This document shows, piece by piece, positions 46,591 through 56,162 of a stretch of 64,000 nt of DNA. The notes under the pieces were generated by a model, which saw nothing but the letters and a program-made list of their open reading frames with translations, did no database searches and had not been told where the DNA came from. The stretch is taken from sequence record OP795442; one strand, written 5' to 3'. How positions within the stretch are numbered: position 1 is the stretch's first letter; each line of letters begins with the position of its first letter. The position numbers were made by a program, and so were the translations under genes. Source of the DNA: Escherichia phage A7_1.

Positions 46591-47134
46591 TTAAGTAGGC
46601 ATCTGCAAGATCTGTAGACCCGCCGTTCTTACCTGTCTTTGAATATCCAGCTAAAAACCCAGGTTCCATCAACTCGCAAACCTTCATCATTTGATCTTTA
46701 TCCATTTTAATTTTTTCCATCTTCGTACCTTTTGCATTCATCACTTCTTGTTCTTCACCAGGTAACTTACCTCGTGCCCAAGATTTAACGGATGTTGGTG
46801 CAATTGTGTGTATGTTGTCCATACTATACCCATCTCGAAGCAGTGTCAACTGAATACAGAAAAATAATCCTGCAAGATCCCTTGTCGCATTACCAGCAGA
46901 GCCGAAACTCAAAGACTCCAATACGATCTTCTCAACCTTAAAAGATTCACAAATATCTGCAATGTGTCTAGAGATGTATGCCATCTGCTCGACAGGGTTG
47001 TCAAATCGAATCTGCCAGTCCTTGGCATTTGCAGATCCGGTGGTTTTTAATACCTCTTTAAAGATCGGTTCATTACCGTCAAAAACTACACATGCACAAG
47101 AAGCCATACTCTGATCGATGGATAAAATTTTCAC
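46556..47134 (-). CDS. RuvC-like (RNase H-fold) resolvase candidate
   Basis: N-terminal ILSIDQS and C-terminal DLADAYLIG resemble RuvC catalytic segments. Confidence 0.4.
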   Translation of the reverse strand: MKILSIDQSMASCACVVFDGNEPIFKEVLKTTGSANAKDWQIRFDNPVEQMAYISRHIADICESFKVEKIVLESLSFGSAGNATRDLAGLFFCIQLTLLRDGYSMDNIHTIAPTSVKSWARGKLPGEEQEVMNAKGTKMEKIKMDKDQMMKVCELMEPGFLAGYSKTGKNGGSTDLADAYLIGRCYLERNGY

Positions 47135-47442
47135 GCTGATTCCCCTTCTTCGGTATTATCAAGATAATGATACTGGTCGATTAAGAACACATAGTTCTTT
47201 ACTTCTCCGTCCATGTAAACCATAAAAGTTACATATTTCTCATCATAGAACGGATCACCAACAACATAGATCTGGCAGATAGAATCAACACGTTTGTCAA
47301 ACCACTGGATTCGCCAAGGCTCCTCAAGCATAGTCCAAGGTTCTTCAATCTTGTAGACCTGGCGCTTTGCGCCAGGAACGAGTGCTGCACGAATTTCGTC
47401 AGCGATCATAACATCATCAAAACTCTCAGAAAAACCCGACAT
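47131..47442 (-). CDS. hypothetical protein (103 aa)
   Basis: Track ORF. Confidence 0.45.
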   Translation of the reverse strand: MSGFSESFDDVMIADEIRAALVPGAKRQVYKIEEPWTMLEEPWRIQWFDKRVDSICQIYVVGDPFYDEKYVTFMVYMDGEVKNYVFLIDQYHYLDNTEEGESA

Positions 47443-48551
47443 TAAATACCTACCCGTTTTAAAGTTGAGGCTAATGTTGTCTTATCATTTTCTGTACGCT
47501 TCATATAAACACACTGGAAAATGACAGAAGCCCACTGACCCGCCGAAAACTTACGATGATTCCCTAAGTGGTCTGTATATTCAACACCCTCAGGAAACCA
47601 CTTCTTATACTGATCAATAATAGCTAACCACATACTCTTCTCGTCTGCACAAGGGGAGATGACCTGGAAAGCCGATGTTTCACCAAAGCGAAGACCCTCG
47701 AAGGTTTGATATGGTTTAACGTTATCCGCTGCATCACCAAATAGCATTTGGTAACCGAAGAATTTCTTACCCCAACCTTTTACCTTACCAGACTCCATCC
47801 AGATCTCACCCATAGAATCATCGATCAACCAAAGTTCAGGATGTTTCCATGTACGCTCTGTTGAGTCACGCATTGTGTTAAACAACAAAGAAGGAACCTG
47901 GACCTGATCCTTATCGAATGATGCCACAATATGACTAAACTTTCCAGTCTTCCGATAATTTAAATATCCTTTATATCCAAGGATCGATAAATAATCATCA
48001 GCCTCAATCCCATCAACAACGATCGCACCATATTTCTGCTGAACGTAACGGCGAGTCTCTCCAAGCAATAAAGGACGTAAAGTGTCTTCACGGTTACCTT
48101 TATAGATCTCGGGAGTTGGGAGTGCAAGACGGAAGTTACCACTCCCACCTAAAACACCAAGCCCGTTTGCTGATCCTACGTGCTCAAGAATAGCATTGAT
48201 CTTAATCTTCAATAAGTGAAGACAGTTCTCAACTGGTTCTGGAGTTTGCTTTTCAATGATCTCGAAATCATCACGAGTCCACGGAGTAAATTCTTTTCCG
48301 CGAGCAACCGCTTTTGCTTCCATATTGATGTTTTGGTCTTTTAACCATCCACCAACAACATTCTTTTGGCGACCCCAAAACTCTGTTTTGTTGCGAAATT
48401 CTTTTTCCCTTCCAGTCTCCTTGTGTCGAGCGATGATCGTTCTTTTTTCTGCACCCGCAGCAGCTACATAGCAAGTTTGATCGAGGTCAAGTGCAATAAC
48501 CACGTTGTCTTCGACAATACCTGACCAATCTTCAATTACTGGATAACCCAT
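47442..48551 (-). CDS. 5'-3' exonuclease / flap endonuclease (T4 RNase H-like)
   Basis: VIALDLDQ, GIEADDYLSI and VASFDKDQ acidic motifs of FEN-family nucleases. Confidence 0.6.
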   Translation of the reverse strand: MGYPVIEDWSGIVEDNVVIALDLDQTCYVAAAGAEKRTIIARHKETGREKEFRNKTEFWGRQKNVVGGWLKDQNINMEAKAVARGKEFTPWTRDDFEIIEKQTPEPVENCLHLLKIKINAILEHVGSANGLGVLGGSGNFRLALPTPEIYKGNREDTLRPLLLGETRRYVQQKYGAIVVDGIEADDYLSILGYKGYLNYRKTGKFSHIVASFDKDQVQVPSLLFNTMRDSTERTWKHPELWLIDDSMGEIWMESGKVKGWGKKFFGYQMLFGDAADNVKPYQTFEGLRFGETSAFQVISPCADEKSMWLAIIDQYKKWFPEGVEYTDHLGNHRKFSAGQWASVIFQCVYMKRTENDKTTLASTLKRVGI

Positions 48552-48730
48552 TTAATCCTCCTTAAGAAATTTTTGCAATACCTTGATAATTTTTTCGCAG
48601 CAATCTTTTTCACTAACAATGATCACTTCTGTTGAATCACCATCGTTTTGTAGGATGCTGACATACTTATGACCATTCGGACTTTTTCTTATTTCAATTC
48701 GAGTATCACCATAATCTTCATATTCAAACA

Positions 48731-49231
48731 TTAAAACGCCCCCCCATAATCTTCATCATCTTGTTTAGCCTCTGGACGCTTAAATTTAAAATCTTGACCC
48801 ATATATTCATACAGATAATCAATATTCAAAGACCATTCTTGCTTACTTCTTTGTCGCCACAATGCCGCAGCTTGCATAATGTATTCTTCAGCAGCCTTCT
48901 TGTCAACACCGTTAACTTTCATAAAGTGTCGTATTGCACGAGCCATGTTACCAGTTGCTTGAGCACGACCGATGTGTTTTACTTCATGGCAAGGAGGGCA
49001 TAAAGCAATCACTCCTCGTAACACAACTTCACCATCAACAAAGTCCCATATTTCATGAGCTTCCACAGCATGTTTACGACCATTACCTCCTTGGCCCCCA
49101 CATACTTCACAGTGATAGTTAGCCTCTTGATAGCATTTACGACGAACTTTGTCCCATCCCGCTTGGGTGAGATAAGACCGAAGGTTGTTGTCCCAAGCTG
49201 TGCTTGGGATTAATTCGATAGTTAATTTCAT
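48731..49231 (-). CDS. HNH-like zinc-binding nuclease candidate
   Basis: CEVCGG...HAVEAHE...CPPCHEVKH pattern. Confidence 0.4.
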   Translation of the reverse strand: MKLTIELIPSTAWDNNLRSYLTQAGWDKVRRKCYQEANYHCEVCGGQGGNGRKHAVEAHEIWDFVDGEVVLRGVIALCPPCHEVKHIGRAQATGNMARAIRHFMKVNGVDKKAAEEYIMQAAALWRQRSKQEWSLNIDYLYEYMGQDFKFKRPEAKQDDEDYGGAF

Positions 49232-49782
49232 TTAGTATGCCTCACATTTACCAATCATATTCATAGCTTCAGAAACATCGATAATCATATCGGTTGCTTC
49301 GTCCCAAGCTTTCCCCAAGAGATTCTCACCATACCAGAAACTTTCATCATCCACCATAGGGTGATTCTCATCCATACCGATCCCCCATACACGATCTCTC
49401 GGAGAGGCTTCTACAAACTTCAAACCCTTTTTACGGTAACCTACCGCAAGTTCACGGAGATTACCATTATCACACATACGACTATACACTAAACGGTTAC
49501 GATGTTAAATTTATTTTCATCCCAAACTGCCTGATCAAAATCCTTAACTTTACGACCTGGCCTTTTAGCACCTTGTGGAGTTACAGATTTAAGGATTCTT
49601 TCCGCTGAAGCTTTGTCACCGAAAAGCATAGCCTTTTCATACATCATGTAATGCTCACCAGTGTGGAAATAAATCCCCTTCATCTTCTGGTCGAAGTTTG
49701 AAAACGGAGAGATCTCCTGGTAATGATTACTAAAAACATCACGATAAGAATAAAAGAACACATGTTTATCAGTGACTCGCAT
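49232..49782 (-). pseudogene. NADAR-domain protein split into two overlapping frames
   Basis: N-part has FFYSYRDVFSNHY...SPFSNF...TGEHYMMYEKA; C-part (GTG 49489) has WGIG...ENLLGKAW; frames differ by 1 nt; RBS AGGAG before ATG 49782. Confidence 0.5.
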
Positions 49783-49918
49783 AAAAACTCCTATAGATCC
49801 AATGCAGATATTGAAATTAAGAATAGCACTACCGAAAGTAATCCATCCGGCGTACTGAAAAATCCAATCCAGCACGCTCTTGTGAACAGGTAGAATGCCA
49901 GTATTAAAACGATAACCC

Positions 49919-50155
49919 CTAAGAATGTTTCGATTTTTCTAACTCCCGAGCCATGATCTTAGTAATGTCAGCAAACGCAACATAAGCATGTTTGTAACAA
50001 CCAACGTCAACCTTAAGGGATTTGATCTCTTCTTCCAGCACATTTATTGCATGGAGTGTTTGACGAATAAGATCAACATCCTTAGTCGTTACATTAGGAG
50101 AATCCGTCATCAATTTTAGTCTTTCTTTAATCGTTTCGATATCTTGATTATACAT
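49919..50155 (-). CDS. hypothetical protein (78 aa)
   Basis: Track ORF. Confidence 0.4.
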   Translation of the reverse strand: MYNQDIETIKERLKLMTDSPNVTTKDVDLIRQTLHAINVLEEEIKSLKVDVGCYKHAYVAFADITKIMARELEKSKHS

Positions 50156-50480
50156 TTACAATCTCCAGTAAAGATCCAGGAATTGAAACAGAACAGTTTT
50201 CTGCCATTGGGAATTTAGCAATCCAATCTGAAAGGCTGCAATAGGCAGACCAATCAAAGTCTTCGTCGAAAACGACAATATTATTAAATTCCACACCATC
50301 AAGATTAACAATCTTTTTAATAATCAGGTCTTCGATCTGACTTGCCTTAAAAAGACCACAGATTTTGGATGGCAAGTTAAGTCCCCACCGTTCACGAAAT
50401 TCAGAATCTTCAAACTTGAAGAAACCAACTGCCTTTGCCAAGTCTGCTGCACGGACCTCTAAAATAATCAATTTACTCAT
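50148..50480 (-). CDS. hypothetical protein (110 aa)
   Basis: Track ORF. Confidence 0.45.
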   Translation of the reverse strand: MSKLIILEVRAADLAKAVGFFKFEDSEFRERWGLNLPSKICGLFKASQIEDLIIKKIVNLDGVEFNNIVVFDEDFDWSAYCSLSDWIAKFPMAENCSVSIPGSLLEIVNV

Positions 50481-50729
50481 TTAATTTCCTCCTCGATCTG
50501 TGTAGTGCTGTATAATCTCATTTAAACACTTACTTGTCAACGAAAATTTCTTAGCTACGTAGCATTCGACAATATGCTCTTTCAAGTCTTTAGAGTCAGT
50601 GTATCCCATCTCTACAATGAAGTGACGAATCTTAGCCTTGTCCTTATCATTTAAAGAATTGAAATAATCACTTTTAGAATCAATTATTCTCATTTTCAAG
50701 TTTCCTGATCTGATAGTAAAGGGAGTCAA
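50481..50729 (-). CDS. hypothetical protein (82 aa)
   Basis: Track ORF. Confidence 0.4.
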   Translation of the reverse strand: MTPFTIRSGNLKMRIIDSKSDYFNSLNDKDKAKIRHFIVEMGYTDSKDLKEHIVECYVAKKFSLTSKCLNEIIQHYTDRGGN

Positions 50730-50961
50730 TGATCTCCTCGTTCATCTTAATATGCATGTCACGCAAGAAAGGTTTCAGCCCATCACGAATAATTGCTAAT
50801 CTGTCACCTTTGCACAAATTAACCAGATAAGGGTGATCCATAGCCTCCCAGGCAGGTTGATTGGTATAAGTGCCCCAGCCTTGATTCATCATCTGGTTAA
50901 GGTGCTCGATTTGTTTTATCTTAAGCTGCAAAGCTTCAATAGTAATCTGTTTAATATCCAT
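50680..50961 (-). CDS. hypothetical protein (93 aa)
   Basis: Track ORF; start uncertain. Confidence 0.4.
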   Translation of the reverse strand: MDIKQITIEALQLKIKQIEHLNQMMNQGWGTYTNQPAWEAMDHPYLVNLCKGDRLAIIRDGLKPFLRDMHIKMNEEIIDSLYYQIRKLENENN

Positions 50962-51425
50962 CAGTAAAGATCCTCGCTGTATAATTCTTTCTCACTTCCA
51001 CCACGTTCAATACGAACTTGTCCGGCATGGGTTGCAATGATCATTGCTTCTTCACGATTCCAATAATTACCGTATTGGTCGATAAACCCTTGATCATCCC
51101 CACAAACTTGCTGGGATACTAATTGCGGCCCCACCACATCAAGCACTTCTGCCATATCCTTAGAGTAATGACGAGAGCCAGGAATAATCAGAGTTCCACC
51201 ATCCTTTAATTTAAAACGATTAGCTGCACATACTATAGTACGCTGAACCTTTTGGTCATTATTCCAATAGCAAGTTTGCCAACAGATCTCAGGAATCTCG
51301 TCCATCATATCATCGAAAGAGTAATCAGCATTCCCATAGGACTGTAGTTTTTCAAACAAACTCTCTGGAGTTTCACGAGACAAAGCTTTATCTAATAATT
51401 CCAGACGTTCTTTAAAAGTTTTCAA
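50961..51425 (-). CDS. hypothetical protein (154 aa)
   Basis: Track ORF. Confidence 0.45.
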   Translation of the reverse strand: MKTFKERLELLDKALSRETPESLFEKLQSYGNADYSFDDMMDEIPEICWQTCYWNNDQKVQRTIVCAANRFKLKDGGTLIIPGSRHYSKDMAEVLDVVGPQLVSQQVCGDDQGFIDQYGNYWNREEAMIIATHAGQVRIERGGSEKELYSEDLY

Positions 51426-51429
51426 TTGA

Positions 51430-51618
51430 TCACTCCTTTGCAGTAGAATCTTGCTTGGTCATTTCACGAAGAATAAGTGCTCCAATATTTTCAAGAAGTG
51501 TTACGAGAGTGTCAACTTCAGGTAACTCAATACTCTTAGATTCTTTACTCATCCCATCGCGAACTGACGAAATTTGCATAAACACGGCGATCATTTCTTT
51601 TGTAAGCTTAATATTCAT
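51430..51618 (-). CDS. hypothetical protein (62 aa)
   Basis: Track ORF. Confidence 0.4.
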   Translation of the reverse strand: MNIKLTKEMIAVFMQISSVRDGMSKESKSIELPEVDTLVTLLENIGALILREMTKQDSTAKE

Positions 51619-51693
51619 TTTATCCTCTTTAGTTAGTAGATGAATCGTTGATCATGGTTGTGGCCCAAGTTGAACAATCTGAAGTAATTTATA

Positions 51694-51915
51694 TCAATTT
51701 CTCTTGATGTGTTTACTAGGACAGGCTCCCGCACCGTCTTTATATACCACAGCAGACGATCGACCGTTGCTATAAACGCAGACAGTTTGGCTACCGTCGC
51801 GGTATGAATCTTCTAAGTCTAACGTCTGACTGGCGTGAGCCTCGGGGAAGTTCAGTACACTCGTAATTAGGCAACCGAGTGCAAAACCCATAACCAGTGC
51901 TCTATTTTTGCTCAT
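51694..51915 (-). CDS. small secreted or lipoprotein-like protein (73 aa)
   Basis: N-terminal hydrophobic signal with ALGC lipobox-like site; four Cys. Confidence 0.45.
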   Translation of the reverse strand: MSKNRALVMGFALGCLITSVLNFPEAHASQTLDLEDSYRDGSQTVCVYSNGRSSAVVYKDGAGACPSKHIKRN

Positions 51916-51986
51916 CGTTTCATATCCTCTTCGTTGGTTGATATAAGGATTATACAGGATTTGTGGTGGGTGTCAACAGGCAGATA

Positions 51987-52012
51987 AAGAAAAACCGCCC
52001 CTAAGGGCGGCT
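51987..52012 (-). terminator. intrinsic terminator
   Basis: CCGCCCCTAAGGGCGG then T-run on minus strand. Confidence 0.55.
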
Positions 52013-52021
52013 TAAAAATTT

Positions 52022-52264
52022 TTACCAATTCGCATAACCATCTTGTTCATCAGTATCACGATCTACGATTCGTGGCTTTGGAGTAAGATCCATATGAGCA
52101 AGAGGTGTACCTTCTGGAATATCATTCAGTGAATATTCAACATTAACCAGTTGACCTGTGAGTTCATCCATCTTTTGGGAGATATACGCTGCAACTGATC
52201 GGCCTTCCAGAGTAGCCAGGTATTTCAGTTTTTCGTAAGTCGCGTCATTAAAATTAATATTCAT
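52022..52264 (-). CDS. hypothetical protein (80 aa)
   Basis: Track ORF. Confidence 0.45.
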   Translation of the reverse strand: MNINFNDATYEKLKYLATLEGRSVAAYISQKMDELTGQLVNVEYSLNDIPEGTPLAHMDLTPKPRIVDRDTDEQDGYANW

Positions 52265-52326
52265 ATTTGTATCTCCTTTTTGTATTTTTCATTATAAGGG
52301 CCACACTAACGTGGCCCGATCGTTAC

Positions 52327-52548
52327 TTAAGCTACCAGTTCTAAATCTTCAGCTTCTGCGTAGAAACCATCGACGATAACACCGTCCTGACGTGTGAATG
52401 CAACAATAATATCTTTACATTCTTCATCAACGAATTCAACAACACCTGTATCTCCAACTTGAACACCTGACAAACTGTAGCGATCCTCATAATTGCCCAG
52501 TGGATTGAACTTAACTGTCTGACCTGGATTAACTTCTTTGATATTCAC
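52327..52548 (-). CDS. hypothetical protein (73 aa)
   Basis: Track ORF. Confidence 0.45.
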   Translation of the reverse strand: MNIKEVNPGQTVKFNPLGNYEDRYSLSGVQVGDTGVVEFVDEECKDIIVAFTRQDGVIVDGFYAEAEDLELVA

Positions 52549-52588
52549 AGAATTTCTCCTTATACAAATTTAAGATATTAACTTTATA

Positions 52589-52972
52589 TTATTCTTCACC
52601 AACTTCACGGCCCATCAAGATATCAAGTTCGTTCAGTTGTTCAATCTGGCTTTCAAGCGCTGCACGTTTCTTCTCTGCTGCATCTTGCTTATCGTACTCA
52701 CCGTTAATCAAGGTACGCAGGAATTTAGGATCGATGTTCAGGTCTTCTTTAGTGATCGCTAGGATGCTTTTCAGATCTTCAGCAGCATCTTTCTGACGAC
52801 GAACAGCTTCAACACCTTCCTGAACAATGTTAGCCAGACGCTTACGAACTTCCAGGTCAGAAGGCAGGGTAGTGATCAGTTCGATTTTAGATTTAGCCAT
52901 TTTGTATTTCTCCTCTTTAATGTTTAAATAGTAAGTTAACTTCTTTGCTTCGATGGGGTAAGAATACCCCAT
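52589..52972 (-). CDS. hypothetical coiled-coil protein (127 aa)
   Basis: Track ORF. Confidence 0.5.
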   Translation of the reverse strand: MGYSYPIEAKKLTYYLNIKEEKYKMAKSKIELITTLPSDLEVRKRLANIVQEGVEAVRRQKDAAEDLKSILAITKEDLNIDPKFLRTLINGEYDKQDAAEKKRAALESQIEQLNELDILMGREVGEE

Positions 52973-52985
52973 TCAATATCTTATG

Positions 52986-53330
52986 TCAAGCAGGATTTTT
53001 AAGTTCTTTAAAAACAACCTGAAAGACTGGGATTTCATCACTGATCTCTGACACAAGCAGAGCTACAGTTTCACAAGGTAAAGTACACGTTGCAAATGTT
53101 TCATAACCCGTATGGATCTTCAAGGTTAAATTACCTTTTAGTCCAATTTGGAACTGACGGACAAAAGGACTTAATGCACTGACATAGATCTCATGATAAC
53201 CGTTTGGACGACGAGCATATTTTTTACCACTCGCAAGACCTGTAATAACTAAACCATCAAAAGAAATTTTAGTCTGAGAACCATCATACACAGGTAAGCC
53301 AGGTTTTTCAACATCTTTTTCTTGATTCAT
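52986..53330 (-). CDS. hypothetical protein (114 aa)
   Basis: ATG with RBS GGGGGA. Confidence 0.5.
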   Translation of the reverse strand: MNQEKDVEKPGLPVYDGSQTKISFDGLVITGLASGKKYARRPNGYHEIYVSALSPFVRQFQIGLKGNLTLKIHTGYETFATCTLPCETVALLVSEISDEIPVFQVVFKELKNPA

Positions 53331-53515
53331 AATTCCCCCTATCGTACAAACATTTTACCCTGGTCACAATAACCGTTTTTAATTCCTCGTGGAGCAGACA
53401 AACATTTTACTGCAATCTCTCCACACTTGCAAGGAGCATTTTCACGTTCTGCAATCTTTCGGTTCTGATCGAAAACTTCACCACATTTTTCACATTTGTA
53501 AGAATACAACGGCAT
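53309..53515 (-). CDS. zinc-ribbon small protein (68 aa), absent from ORF track
   Basis: Read codon by codon: MPLYSYKCEKCGEVF...CKCGE; overlaps next gene start by 22 nt. Confidence 0.4.
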
Positions 53516-53518
53516 TAA

Positions 53519-54256
53519 TTACATACCCTCCAGGTTTGCTTCAAAATAAGTGATTGGCTTCATGATCTTGCCATTCTTATCTTTAAATACTACACGATCC
53601 ATACCATCACCACCTTTTACGATGCTTCCCTTTACACCTTGATAACGGTTACGGTTACGCAGTTCAATCTGTTCAGCTTCCAAACGCAACATGGCATCAA
53701 GATCAAAATCAGCTTCTGCAAAAAAGTAATACGTCTTGTAGAAACATTCCGTAAATTCTTTCACGGTTGGGATCTTGGAATCATTTGAATCCAAAACCTC
53801 ATTTAAAGCACGACGAGCATTAAAGTTGGAGTTCTGCATGATTGCAACAACCGCCATAACGATCCCGTTTGTATTGTCACTCTCGATAAATTGATCAAGA
53901 GTTCGATAAAGCGAAGTCAGATTATACGTACCAACATTGTCAGCAGGACAGATGTTTTCAGAACCACCTTTCAGGAAGTTGTAATATGATCCAACTACAA
54001 ACAAGTCGCAAAGTGCATCTATGATTTCCTTACGATTCTTTTTAGTTAAACCAAGATCATAAAGTTCATTGTACTCTTCCATAACAAGAGTTTTTTGGAA
54101 TTTTGAAACATCTTCAGAGAAGTCATGAAAACCACGAGCAACAAAATTCCAATTTTTTACTCGCTCTGCTGCTTCCCGAAAGAAGCTATTGCCCTTAACA
54201 TCAATCATCTCGGAAATAAAGGTTTTTTGATCAGTACTCAATTCATTGTATTTCAA
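53519..54256 (-). CDS. hypothetical protein (245 aa)
   Basis: Track ORF. Confidence 0.5.
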   Translation of the reverse strand: MKYNELSTDQKTFISEMIDVKGNSFFREAAERVKNWNFVARGFHDFSEDVSKFQKTLVMEEYNELYDLGLTKKNRKEIIDALCDLFVVGSYYNFLKGGSENICPADNVGTYNLTSLYRTLDQFIESDNTNGIVMAVVAIMQNSNFNARRALNEVLDSNDSKIPTVKEFTECFYKTYYFFAEADFDLDAMLRLEAEQIELRNRNRYQGVKGSIVKGGDGMDRVVFKDKNGKIMKPITYFEANLEGM

Positions 54257-54309
54257 TTTAATCTCCTTTCGTTTAACTTGGGGCCATTATACATGACCCC
54301 TTATCATTG

Positions 54310-54771
54310 TCAACAGTCTTTATAAGTTTCTAGTGCAACTTTACGTGCTTCATCCTTTTCAATCTCAAACTTAGATCGCTTGTCCTTTCTTGAAGCCTTG
54401 TTACGGCGTTTAATGATCCGACGGCAAGCATGATAAAGGCGTGTACCTTCGTAATCATTCATCCAGAACAGATCGCCATTTACAAAAAGGCTGTCGGAGA
54501 AAATACCACAAACCTTTTCAATGTAAGTAACCTTGCCTGTGACCGTATCAACAATTGTATAATCAACATACCAAAGATCATCATTGTCTTCACAAGGGTC
54601 TTCATGACCTTCAGGAACAAAAACTCCAGAATGTATCTCAAACCGAGGAGATCCTTTACGAATCAACTTCAAGATCTTACCTGCTGGCTTACGAGTCATC
54701 AGCACAGGAGCGCCCAAAATTAAAGAAAGGTAAAGCGCAATCCCCACAACAGCGATAATTAAAGCTTCCAC
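54310..54771 (-). CDS. hypothetical membrane-anchored protein (153 aa)
   Basis: N-terminal TM helix. Confidence 0.5.
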   Translation of the reverse strand: MEALIIAVVGIALYLSLILGAPVLMTRKPAGKILKLIRKGSPRFEIHSGVFVPEGHEDPCEDNDDLWYVDYTIVDTVTGKVTYIEKVCGIFSDSLFVNGDLFWMNDYEGTRLYHACRRIIKRRNKASRKDKRSKFEIEKDEARKVALETYKDC

Positions 54772-54773
54772 TA

Positions 54774-56153
54774 TTAAACCTCCTCTGCAATTTTACGAAG
54801 AAGATCCAGAAGAGAGTTCGATGCTTCGATCACTTCTTCCAGGCTGTTGGCTACGCTCTTATCAAAGCGAAGTTCAACAAACTTATAATTTAAACGAGGC
54901 AAAAACAGAGATTTCAGATCTTTGTTCTCTGCATCAGTAATGTCATTAGCCTTGATCGTAATAATCTGCCCAATGAAATACTCACTCGGTTTTTTACGAA
55001 GAGCATCAGTAAGTCCAGATCCTGCACCAACTTCAAGAAGTCCATCACGAGTACGGCAGATCAGAGATCCAATAAGCCCAGGCTTCTTTTTGTGAGGCGT
55101 TGTCGCCACAACTTCAAGATCAACATCGAACTCATTTTTAAGTTTTATCCCTTTCTTAGTTTTGTTATCTCCCCAAGGCATATTCGCCTCTTTAAGAACC
55201 GTACCCTCTTTCTTCTGCAAACGCATTTCAATAAAGTGGTCGATTGCCTCTTTGAGGGTATTGATCTCACGGCCCTTGATAAAGTCAAAATGCTCGCGGT
55301 CTTCTACCAACAAAGCCAATCCTTGTGCAGACATACGACGATCTTTGTAAGGTGTTTTGGATTTGCGCTCAATGTACTCACCCATTGTAACTCGGTCCCA
55401 AATAACGATTCGTACACGATCACGGTCGATATCTTCAGGATCTTGGTTCAGATAACCATTGCCTTCCGCACGTTCCATAACACCATGCAAACCATTCGGA
55501 TCAATTACCAAACCTTCGCCGTGGACAACATACGGCTGTGGAATCCCATCGTCATCTACAGCAGCTTTCATCAGGGCATTCTCAACATGTTCTGGAGATC
55601 GGAAGTTAAGTTCTTTACCGGAGCGAGAACGATACACAACCTGATCAGGCCAAACCATAATGTCAGCATACAGACCATCCATCTTTTCGTCAGAGAAAGC
55701 ACCTTCATAGTTGAAATTACGAAGGAGATCCTCTTTGAAAAGGGTATAGCTCTGGTAAGGTGGCTCTGTAACCAGATCCTTCCAAACCTTGTTGGTCAGA
55801 GTAGTCTGAATACCACATTCAAGATCGCGGTTGATGATCTTCAGCAGTGTTTCTGGTTCTTCACACAGTCGAACGGCATTCGTAAGAACATCACGACCTT
55901 CATGCCCAGTGTACATACGACTCGCAACATCGTTTACGATAAGATCAATACTCTCTTGTAGATTGCGACTTCCTTGATGGAACGTTGCAGGATCAACCTT
56001 GAAATTACGAACAAAAAAGTTTAGCTCTTTGCTGTATGTAACTCGAAACACCTCTCGCAAACCATCATTATCCGCATGACTACGTAAGATCGCTTCTTTT
56101 TCTTTTGTTGAACCAGTGGATGCCAGTTGTTCGATAATCTTAGTTACGCTCAC
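54774..56153 (-). CDS. ATP-dependent DNA ligase (T4 gp30-like)
   Basis: Adenylation motif KMDGL; N-terminal IEQLASTGSTKEKEAIL and DLECGIQTTLTNKVW resemble T4 ligase from memory. Confidence 0.8.
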   Translation of the reverse strand: MSVTKIIEQLASTGSTKEKEAILRSHADNDGLREVFRVTYSKELNFFVRNFKVDPATFHQGSRNLQESIDLIVNDVASRMYTGHEGRDVLTNAVRLCEEPETLLKIINRDLECGIQTTLTNKVWKDLVTEPPYQSYTLFKEDLLRNFNYEGAFSDEKMDGLYADIMVWPDQVVYRSRSGKELNFRSPEHVENALMKAAVDDDGIPQPYVVHGEGLVIDPNGLHGVMERAEGNGYLNQDPEDIDRDRVRIVIWDRVTMGEYIERKSKTPYKDRRMSAQGLALLVEDREHFDFIKGREINTLKEAIDHFIEMRLQKKEGTVLKEANMPWGDNKTKKGIKLKNEFDVDLEVVATTPHKKKPGLIGSLICRTRDGLLEVGAGSGLTDALRKKPSEYFIGQIITIKANDITDAENKDLKSLFLPRLNYKFVELRFDKSVANSLEEVIEASNSLLDLLRKIAEEV

Positions 56154-56162
56154 AGTTTCTCC

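Noticed and set aside
49470-49510. Programmed ribosomal frameshift joining the two NADAR halves
   Set aside because: No X-XXY-YYZ slippery heptamer or downstream structure at the junction; an indel (real or sequencing) is the simpler explanation, so annotated as a disrupted gene.
55092-55961. 289-aa plus-strand ORF
   Set aside because: Lies antisense inside the DNA ligase gene, which has clear ligase motifs; no RBS or promoter; low-complexity translation.
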